From: Deinococcus radiodurans R1 = ATCC 13939 = DSM 20539
GTDB taxonomy: Bacteria > Deinococcota > Deinococci > Deinococcales > Deinococcaceae
Assembly (NCBI RefSeq): GCF_000008565.1
Contig: NC_001263.1
Coordinates: 52,693-84,692 of the forward strand
DNA: 32,000 bases
Reading direction: 5' to 3'
Part shown: positions 10,664 through 17,014 of the stretch, one piece after another
Layout of the letters: each line of letters starts with the position of its first letter
Numbering within the stretch: position 1 is the stretch's first letter
The notes under the pieces: model-generated
What the model saw: only the letters and a program-made list of their open reading frames with translations
Told to the model about the DNA's origin: nothing
Databases searched by the model: none
Program-made: the position numbers and the translations under genes

Positions 10664-11452
10664 CTAAAACAGCTCGTCCAGCAACTGGTAATACGCCAGC
10701 TTCCCCTCATCCACCAGCTCGCGCCCGTAGAGGTCGAGCAGCATCCCCGCGTAGGTGGCCCCCAGATTGCGGCGGGTGCTGCGCCACGCCAGCGCGAGGT
10801 CCATGTGCCGGTCCGCGATGCCCGCGCGGCCCAGGTCAATCAGGCCCTCCACGTACTCGCCCTGCACGATGACATTGGGCAAGCAGGCGTCACCGTGCGT
10901 CACCACCAGGTCTTCCTCCGCCGGGCGGGTGCGGGCGAGCTGGTTGAAGACCTGCACGGCGCTCTGGCCCTGCCGCTCCTCGTCGAAGTCGCTCTCGTCC
11001 ACCACGCCCGCCGCCACCCGCTCACGGGCGAGCTTGAGGCGCACGCCGAGACTCATGTTGAAGGGGCAGTCGCGCACCGGCAGGGCGTGCAGTTCGCGCA
11101 GGGCGCGGGCGAGCAGGTTCACCATCCGCTCGGGGTGCAGCGCGGCGTCGGGGTGGCTCATGGCAATGCCCGGCAGCCGCGTCATGGCGAGGTATTCCTG
11201 CTCGCCGTCGTCTTCGTAAGCGACCACCTGCGGCACCGGCAGCCGCCCGGCGAACCAGCGCAGCCGCTCACGCTCTTGCAGCAGGGTGGACGCGGGGTAG
11301 AGCGTGCGCGACTGCACCTTGACCACGAAGCGGGTGCTGCGCCACACCCCGGCCCCGCTTTCGCCCTCCGTGACCCGTTCCCAGCGGGCGGCGGGCAGGA
11401 CGCGGCGCAGGGCGGGAGGTAGGGTCAGGGCGGGCAAAGAGGCGTCGGACAT
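10664..11452 (-). CDS. Aminoglycoside 3'-phosphotransferase (APH(3')) family kinase
   Basis: [11 protein letters not shown] (catalytic loop), [16 protein letters not shown], and C-terminal YYQLLDELF. These closely follow the APH(3')-II pattern HGDACLPNI / DCGRLGVADRYQDIA / FYRLLDEFF. ATG 11452 is preferred over the adjacent GTG 11455. Confidence 0.85.
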   Translation of the reverse strand: MSDASLPALTLPPALRRVLPAARWERVTEGESGAGVWRSTRFVVKVQSRTLYPASTLLQERERLRWFAGRLPVPQVVAYEDDGEQEYLAMTRLPGIAMSHPDAALHPERMVNLLARALRELHALPVRDCPFNMSLGVRLKLARERVAAGVVDESDFDEERQGQSAVQVFNQLARTRPAEEDLVVTHGDACLPNVIVQGEYVEGLIDLGRAGIADRHMDLALAWRSTRRNLGATYAGMLLDLYGRELVDEGKLAYYQLLDELF

Positions 11453-11491
11453 CACGCGGCAGGATAAAGCAGGGGCGGTACACTACCCAGA

Positions 11492-12421
11492 ATGAAGGTT
11501 GGACTCCTGAACTCCCCCGCCGCGCCGCTCACGCCCTACTGGGCGGCGTACCTCAAGGAACTGGGCGTGCCGACCCAGACCCCGGCGCTGGGTGACGCCG
11601 AGGCGCTGGCGCTGGGGGCGCAGAGCCTGCCCGGCGAGTCGCCGGTGGTGCAACTCGCGCTGGGGCGGATTCTGGCGCTCGACCGGGTGGACGCCGCCCT
11701 GCTCCCCGAGTGGCCGGCGGTGGCGGGCGACGCCTGGGGCGAAGCGCTGAGCGAACTGCTGCCCCGCCGCATCAGCGGGCTGCCCATCCTGCTCCCGGTG
11801 CCCGAACGGACCGGCGAACTCGACGCGCTCGAAGCCCAGGCGGCGGCGCTCGGCCTGCGCCTCTCGCAGAATCCCGGCGGCGTGCGCCTCGCGCTGGAGC
11901 GGGTGCGCCTGCTCGCCCAACCCGCCCGCACCGACCTGCCGGCTCTGTCGCGGGCGTCGCGCACCACCGTCGCCGTCATCGGCCCGCGCCCACTGCTGCA
12001 AGAGCCAGTGCTGGCGGCGGGCCTGCGCCCGGCCCTCGAAGCGCTGGACTTCTACCCGGTGTTCAGCTACGAAGTGCCCCATGCCGACGCCCTGCGCCGC
12101 GCCGAGCGCATGGAGCAGGCACACAAAGTTCCCGCTGGCGAACGCGAACTGTTCGGCGCCGCCTCGCTGCTCGCCGGCAAGGGCGCGGTCACGGGGCTGG
12201 TCTTCGTGGCCCCGGCCCGCGACGGCGCGACCCAGGCGGCGCTCCAGCGCATCGCCGACAAACTGCACAAGCCCGCGCTGCACCTCACCCTCGACACGCC
12301 CGGCGCGGACGGGCCGCAGGCCGCCTGGCCCGAACTCGACGCTTTCGCCGAGCGTCTGGCCTCCGGGGGCCGCGTTCGCCCAGCGAACAGCCCGGCCAGT
12401 GATGGGGAGAGCGGCGCATGA
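11492..12421 (+). CDS. Hypothetical protein. The N-terminus weakly resembles the DUF2229 / acyl-CoA-dehydratase-activase-associated family
   Basis: Good GC3 bias. [31 protein letters not shown] parallels the MKIGIPRAL.YY.YYP.W..FF.ELG..VV.S opening of DUF2229 proteins, but the conserved Cys region is not evident. TACACT (11479-11484) lies 7 nt before the ATG. Confidence 0.65.
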   Translation: MKVGLLNSPAAPLTPYWAAYLKELGVPTQTPALGDAEALALGAQSLPGESPVVQLALGRILALDRVDAALLPEWPAVAGDAWGEALSELLPRRISGLPILLPVPERTGELDALEAQAAALGLRLSQNPGGVRLALERVRLLAQPARTDLPALSRASRTTVAVIGPRPLLQEPVLAAGLRPALEALDFYPVFSYEVPHADALRRAERMEQAHKVPAGERELFGAASLLAGKGAVTGLVFVAPARDGATQAALQRIADKLHKPALHLTLDTPGADGPQAAWPELDAFAERLASGGRVRPANSPASDGESGA

Positions 12422-12792
12422 ATTTCTGGCGCTGGCTGACCACGCCGGACCCCCATCCCGGCTTCACCCGCCCCAAGCTGCTCAAGCTGGCGGTGCGGCT
12501 GTTTTTGTTCGTGCTGCTGGCGACCGTTCTGAGCAGCCTGCTCAACCTCACGCCGCTGCGGCCTTACCTCAACACCTTCTGGGGCAGCCTGCTTTTCGTG
12601 CTGCTGCTCTACATCCCGGCGGCGCGGTTTCTCAACATAGATACCTTCATGCCCCGGCGCTTTCAGACGCCTCCCCCCCAGCCCGGCGCCAGAGCGGGGC
12701 AACCCGCAACCAACACGCTGGACAAGCGGCGCGAGAAAAACCGTTATGCGGGCGTTCGCAAGTCGCCGCCGCGCATGGGCGGGCGCCGCTAA
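12418..12792 (+). CDS. Small membrane protein (two predicted TM helices, basic Pro-rich tail)
   Basis: Its ATG overlaps the stop of the upstream gene (ATGA at 12418-12421), indicating translational coupling. Hydrophobic stretches [19 protein letters not shown] and [16 protein letters not shown]. Coding-type GC3. Confidence 0.6.
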   Translation: MNFWRWLTTPDPHPGFTRPKLLKLAVRLFLFVLLATVLSSLLNLTPLRPYLNTFWGSLLFVLLLYIPAARFLNIDTFMPRRFQTPPPQPGARAGQPATNTLDKRREKNRYAGVRKSPPRMGGRR

Positions 12793-12893
12793 GACCACCT
12801 GCCCCGAGCGCCCGCAACATCTGGGCTAGGGGAAAACCTGAAGGTTCGGCCAGGGTCATAACCCTGTGAGAACAGCTTTGCTCTCGTGCGCGC

Positions 12894-13256
12894 ATGAAAT
12901 GGCACGGCGCCTCGCAGCGTAAAGGCACCTTCCGCCGTGTTGAGCCCGACGGCAAGGACGTCAAGCCCGTCACGACCTATACGCACACCTTCGTCCTCAT
13001 CGAAGATGGCCGCGCCGACGAGCAAAAGCAGCCCTTCTACACGGCGGAGGCGGGCACCCCGGAGGAAGCCGAAGCCCGCGCCTACGCCGCCTACTGCCGC
13101 GCAAGCGATTGCCTGCACCAGATGACCAGCAAAGGCCCCACGCTTATCGAGTGCGTGCACTGCGGCTTGCAGCGCCGGGTGACCATGCCCAGCCTCCCTG
13201 CTCCAGCGCCCGCCCGCAAACCCGAGCGGCGGCTGTTCGGGCTCTTGCGAATCTGA
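12894..13256 (+). CDS. Hypothetical small protein with a Cys4 zinc-ribbon-like motif
   Basis: 120 codons with good GC3. C-x4-C-x13-C-x2-C (YCRASDCLHQMTSKGPTLIECVHCG). No SD or -10 is obvious upstream. Confidence 0.6.
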   Translation: MKWHGASQRKGTFRRVEPDGKDVKPVTTYTHTFVLIEDGRADEQKQPFYTAEAGTPEEAEARAYAAYCRASDCLHQMTSKGPTLIECVHCGLQRRVTMPSLPAPAPARKPERRLFGLLRI

Positions 13257-13316
13257 AGGTCTTGGTGCCCGGCCTCTGCTGGGAGGCGGGACACTGGCAC
13301 CGGCTTCCCCGATGTG

Positions 13317-13333
13317 TTATGTTATTTACGTAA
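13317..13333 (+). promoter_or_regulatory. Radiation/desiccation response motif (RDRM), the DdrO operator, upstream of ddrB
   Basis: TTATGTTATTTACGTAA is a 17-bp palindrome-type site (TTATGT...ACGTAA half-sites). It lies immediately upstream of GGAGGAGG (13334-13341) and ATG 13345. Confidence 0.85.
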
Positions 13334-13344
13334 GGAGGAGGCAG

Positions 13345-13911
13345 ATGTTGCAGATTGAATTTATCACCGACCTGGGTGCGCGGGTCACGGTGAACGTGGA
13401 GCATGAAAGCCGGTTGCTGGACGTACAGCGCCACTATGGCCGCCTGGGCTGGACCAGCGGCGAGATTCCGTCCGGGGGCTACCAGTTTCCCATCGAGAAC
13501 GAGGCCGACTTCGACTGGTCGCTGATCGGCGCCCGCAAGTGGAAGAGCCCCGAGGGCGAAGAACTCGTCATTCACCGGGGCCACGCCTACCGCCGCCGCG
13601 AACTCGAAGCCGTGGACAGCCGCAAGCTCAAGCTGCCTGCCGCCATCAAGTACAGCCGCGGCGCCAAGGTCAGCGACCCGCAGCACGTGCGCGAAAAGGC
13701 CGATGGCGACATCGAATACGTCAGCCTCGCCATCTTCCGCGGTGGCAAGCGGCAGGAGCGCTACGCGGTGCCCGGCGGCGCGGCGGGGAACGGTCAGGGT
13801 CGCCCGGCGCCCCAGGGACAGCCCGCCCAGGCCCGTCCCCAGGCCACTGCCGCTCGCCCCGCCGCTCGGCCCCCGGTGCAGCCCGGTCAGGAAGAAGAAA
13901 CGCCGTTCTGA
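13345..13911 (+). CDS. ddrB: DdrB, the Deinococcus-specific DNA-damage-response single-stranded-DNA-binding protein
   Basis: MLQIEFITDLGARVTVNVEHESRLLDVQRHYGRLGWTSGEIPSGGYQFPIENEADFDWSL... matches my recollection of D. radiodurans DdrB. It has a disordered Pro/Gln/Ala-rich C-terminal tail, and an RDRM plus strong SD directly upstream. The track start 13312 would read through the operator and SD. Confidence 0.9.
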   Translation: MLQIEFITDLGARVTVNVEHESRLLDVQRHYGRLGWTSGEIPSGGYQFPIENEADFDWSLIGARKWKSPEGEELVIHRGHAYRRRELEAVDSRKLKLPAAIKYSRGAKVSDPQHVREKADGDIEYVSLAIFRGGKRQERYAVPGGAAGNGQGRPAPQGQPAQARPQATAARPAARPPVQPGQEEETPF

Positions 13912-13930
13912 GCGGCGAAACGTGACGCAA

Positions 13931-13975
13931 AAAGCAGGCCGCCCCGGTGAAGGAAGGCGGCCTGCTTTCGTGTTG
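13931..13975 (+). terminator. Intrinsic terminator after ddrB
   Basis: AAAGCAGGCCGCC (13931-13943) - 12-nt loop - GGCGGCCTGCTTT (13956-13968), followed by CGTGTT. 13-bp perfect stem. Confidence 0.75.
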
Positions 13976-13984
13976 CGTATTTCT

Positions 13985-14089
13985 TAGAGCATTTGCCGTA
14001 AAAAAGACCCCTCACCCCTAGCTTCGCTAGGCCCTCTCCCCTCGGTAGAGGGTCAACAGAGGCAAGTTATTTTTCTGGCAAATGCTCTA
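13985..14089. repeat. Half copy of the SNR element (14007-14057, inverted relative to copy 1), nested inside a perfect 13-bp inverted repeat
   Basis: GACCCCTCACCCCTAGCTTCGCTAGGCCCTCTCCCCTCGGTAGAGGGTCAA matches the reverse complement of 10605-10654 with a few substitutions. It is flanked by TAGAGCATTTGCC (13985-13997) and GGCAAATGCTCTA (14077-14089), plus imperfect A/T runs. Confidence 0.7.
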
Positions 14090-16028
14090 GCTCAGGGGTT
14101 GGCGGGTGCCGACTCTGCTGGGGTTTGGTTGGCCGGCGCCGTTTCGGTGGGCTTGGTCTGTGCCGGGGCAGTGCTGCTTCCCGCCGCATCTGGGGTGGTC
14201 GTCGTTCCCGGCGCCGTCGTCTTGGGCGTTTCGGTTTTGGGAGCCGACGCCGCGACGGTTTGGCCTGGGCCTCGAGCACCTGGTCGAGGTTGTTCTTGGG
14301 GCTCAGGGCGCTGACCTGCTTGTCGAGGAAGGCTTGCCCGGCTTCGGCCTGCTTGCTGCTCAGCAGGCCCTGGCGGATTTCGTCGCCGACTTCGCTCAGC
14401 GGGCGGGTGGTCGGGCGCACGAGGTCGCGCACGTAGCCCACCGAGAAGCGGTCACCGACCGGCACCACCGGGGTCAAGCTGCCCGCGCCTACGCTGCGCA
14501 GGTTCTGGCCGAAGGCGGCGGCGGTCAGGGGAGACACCGCGCCGGTGGTCTGGTCGGCGGTGGGGCTCACCTGCCCGCGCTCGCTGACGGTGCCCCCGGC
14601 CTTGCTCGCGGCGGTCACGAAGTCACCCTGGCCGTTCCAGTCGGCGCGGAAGGCGGCGGCCTGGTTCTTGTCCTTGAAGCTCGCCTCGTCGAGGGTCGCG
14701 CTGGCGGGCACCTCGTACTGCTTGACGTTCTCGCGGTAGTACTTCTGCACGTCGGCGTCGCTGACCTTCACGTCGCGCGCCCCGTAGGCGGCGAGCTGCT
14801 GGGCGATTTCCTGGCGCGAGCCGCTGAGCGACAGCCCCAGCTTCTGGGCGATGTTGGGCGCGGCGTAGCCCTGAATGAGTTGCTGCACGACCTGCGGCTT
14901 GAAGGTCTTGTTGAGCAGCGTGGGCAGTTGCTCGGCGGGCAGCTGGCCGATCAACCCGGCAATCTGCTGGTTGTTCATGACCTGCGCGACCACGTCCGAG
15001 TAGGGGATGTTGTGGCCGGCGACGCTCGCCACGGTGGGGTTTTCGACCTTCCAGGTGGGGTCCACGTACTCGACCTGGGCGTTTTTCCGCAGGTCGTCGG
15101 ACCATTTTTCGAGCGCGGCGTTCTGCTTTTGCTGACGCACGGCGCTGACGACATCGGTCTTGGCCTGCTCGAAGGTCTTGGGCTGGCCGGGCAAGAACTT
15201 CTCGACCTTGACGATGTAGAACTTGCCGCCCGATTCGATCACGTCGGTCAGGCCACCGTTTTTCAGTCGGAAGGCGGCTTCGCCCACGGCGGTCGGCAGC
15301 GCGGCTTGCAGCACCGGGCGCGGCTGGTTGCCGTCGAGCGGCGCAAGGGCGCCGCCCCGGTCCTTGTTCTCGGTGCTGTTGGCGCTCGCCAGCACGGCGA
15401 AGTCGGCCCCGCCACGCGCCTGGGCGAGCAGCGACTGTGCCTTGGCCTTGTCGGTCACCACGATCTGGCGCCCCACGATCTGCGGCTCGGCCTGATACTT
15501 GCTCTTGTTCAGGTCGTAATAGGCCTTGAGTTCGGCGTCGGTGGGGGCGGGCACGGCCTTGCGCAGCTCGTCGGTTTTGCGCTGGTAGGCAAGTTGCTGG
15601 CGCACCTGGGTGCGGAAGCTCGCGTCGGTCAGGCCGTTGCTTTGCAGGGCGTCGGTCCAGGCCTTGTTGTCGGTGAGCTTGTTGGACTCGCGGACCTTCT
15701 GCACCTCGGCGTTCACGTCGGCGCGGCTGACCTGCACGTCTTTCAGGCCGCTGAGCACGGCTCCCCGGTCAATGGCCTGCGACACCAGATACACCTTGGC
15801 GTCGTCGGCGAGCACGCTGCCGGGTTCGTCGGCGAGCAGTGGGCTGGCGCGCCGGGCGCTTTCGAGCTGCTCGGCGGTCACGGCGTCGCCATTGACCTTG
15901 ATGACTGGGGTGCCTTCCTGACGGTTAAAGAGGCTGCCCACATTGGGCGTGAACTGGTAGGCCATGCCGGCCACCAGCAGCACCGAAAGCCCGATCAGCA
16001 GGCCATTGACGGCTGTTTTCTTGTTCAC
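14067..16028 (-). CDS. Membrane-anchored SurA/PpiD/PrsA-like chaperone with two degenerate parvulin (PpiC-type) domains. The 3' end is probably mis-framed (the true stop may be TGA at 14092-14094)
   Basis: GTG 16028 lies 4 nt after GGGAGA (16033-16038). Signal anchor KKTAVNGLLIGLSVLLVAGMAYQF. SurA-like N-domain. Parvulin-like segment GRQIVVTDKAKAQSLLAQARGGADFAVLA...GGKFYIVKVEK, then a second weaker one. The track start 16100 runs through the tRNA-Arg promoter. Confidence 0.8.
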   Translation of the reverse strand: MNKKTAVNGLLIGLSVLLVAGMAYQFTPNVGSLFNRQEGTPVIKVNGDAVTAEQLESARRASPLLADEPGSVLADDAKVYLVSQAIDRGAVLSGLKDVQVSRADVNAEVQKVRESNKLTDNKAWTDALQSNGLTDASFRTQVRQQLAYQRKTDELRKAVPAPTDAELKAYYDLNKSKYQAEPQIVGRQIVVTDKAKAQSLLAQARGGADFAVLASANSTENKDRGGALAPLDGNQPRPVLQAALPTAVGEAAFRLKNGGLTDVIESGGKFYIVKVEKFLPGQPKTFEQAKTDVVSAVRQQKQNAALEKWSDDLRKNAQVEYVDPTWKVENPTVASVAGHNIPYSDVVAQVMNNQQIAGLIGQLPAEQLPTLLNKTFKPQVVQQLIQGYAAPNIAQKLGLSLSGSRQEIAQQLAAYGARDVKVSDADVQKYYRENVKQYEVPASATLDEASFKDKNQAAAFRADWNGQGDFVTAASKAGGTVSERGQVSPTADQTTGAVSPLTAAAFGQNLRSVGAGSLTPVVPVGDRFSVGYVRDLVRPTTRPLSEVGDEIRQGLLSSKQAEAGQAFLDKQVSALSPKNNLDQVLEAQAKPSRRRLPKPKRPRRRRRERRPPQMRREAALPRHRPSPPKRRRPTKPQQSRHPPTPELEHLPEK

Positions 16029-16094
16029 TGATTCTCCCTGTTTCGCTTGTCGTCTCGCCCGGTTGCGCGCCCCGCAGCCCGCAGGCCGCCCGGC

Positions 16095-16123
16095 TTGCAC
16101 AACCTGGGCCGAAGTGCTAGCTT
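16095..16123 (+). promoter_or_regulatory. Sigma-70-type promoter for tRNA-Arg
   Basis: TTGCAC (16095-16100) - 17 nt - TAGCTT (16118-16123), about 11 nt upstream of the tRNA 5' end. Confidence 0.45.
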
Positions 16124-16134
16124 ACCCCAGCTCT

Positions 16135-16211
<77 letters not shown>

Positions 16212-16399
16212 CCCACAGCATCACTGCAAGCGACGCCGCCTTCACGGGCGGCGCTTCGCATTCTGGGCCTCGGCTCCGCGACAAGCACGCGCCGGATTGT
16301 AGCACGCGCCCCTGAGACACATGAGGGCAGTTTTGCCGTGTGGGCGCCAGTTTTTCTGTCCTTCCTTTCGTGGCCCGGCCAGAGGACTACTATGCCCGC

Positions 16400-16879
16400 A
16401 TGAAGCGAGTCCTTTCGGCCCTGGTGCTGGGCGCCGGCCTGCTCACGGCCTGCCGTTCTCCCTCAGCGGGCGCAGACGACCTGACCACCCGCGTGCTGTT
16501 TACCGCCAACGGTTCTTACGACGCCCAGGCCGACCAGCGCGGCAAGGTGCCGGGCACAGCGGGCCTGCGCCGGGTCGAGTGGCGCACCCGCCCCCCGCTC
16601 GGGGCCCAGGCGGTGACTGTCGAGTACGACGGCGAGCAGCGGCCCCAGGGCTGGCAGATGACGGTGCAGCAGCCGCCCTTCGCCCCCGCCGACCTCGCTG
16701 GACCGAACGGTCAGGCGGTTCAGACGAAGCAGGGCGCCGGCACGCTGGTTCGCAGTGGCCCCCTGGCGGGCGTGCTGCTGCTGCCGGGAAGCACGACCCC
16801 GCCTGCCCAACTGAGGCTGTTGACGCGGGGCTACGCCGTGCAGCATGAGCCGGAGCTGCTGCCGGCGTTCGGGCAATGA
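16400..16879 (+). CDS. Predicted lipoprotein, function unknown
   Basis: MKRVLSALVLGAGLLTAC carries a lipobox-like LLTAC. Good GC3. TACTAT (16388-16393) ends 6 nt before ATG 16400, so the upstream 20 codons of the track ORF are unlikely to be translated. Confidence 0.7.
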   Translation: MKRVLSALVLGAGLLTACRSPSAGADDLTTRVLFTANGSYDAQADQRGKVPGTAGLRRVEWRTRPPLGAQAVTVEYDGEQRPQGWQMTVQQPPFAPADLAGPNGQAVQTKQGAGTLVRSGPLAGVLLLPGSTTPPAQLRLLTRGYAVQHEPELLPAFGQ

Positions 16880-17014
16880 GCTGAGGTGTCGGTCTGAGGC
16901 GTACTGCGTCCGATTCCCTGAAATCTAGAAAAGAACTGGATTTCAGTCCATCTCCCGCAGCACGTTTCCATTGCTTCTCGCTCCGCTCGGGTTTCATCGC
17001 TCAGTGTGAGCGAT

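Noticed and set aside
10664-11452. APH gene as a horizontally acquired resistance island
   Set aside because: Composition matches the host. There are no mobility genes, and the flanking genes are ordinary chromosomal genes. Only a native SNR repeat is adjacent.
13312-13344. Longer ddrB ORF starting at ATG 13312 (MCYVIYVRRRQ...)
   Set aside because: The extension would be translated from the RDRM operator and the GGAGGAGG Shine-Dalgarno itself. ATG 13345 has ideal SD spacing and gives the MLQIEF... N-terminus.
14106-16031. 641-aa plus-strand ORF
   Set aside because: It is antisense to the SurA/PpiD-like gene. Gly/Ala/Leu/His/Val-rich shadow frame.
16880-17014. Two short hairpins (CTGAAATC...GATTTCAG at about 16919-16947; ATCGCTCA-GTG-TGAGCGAT at about 16997-17015) between the lipoprotein gene and pta, considered as terminators or an sRNA
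   Set aside because: Neither is followed by a T-run on either strand, and the stems are short (8 bp). They may still aid termination of the convergent genes, but I cannot support a call.
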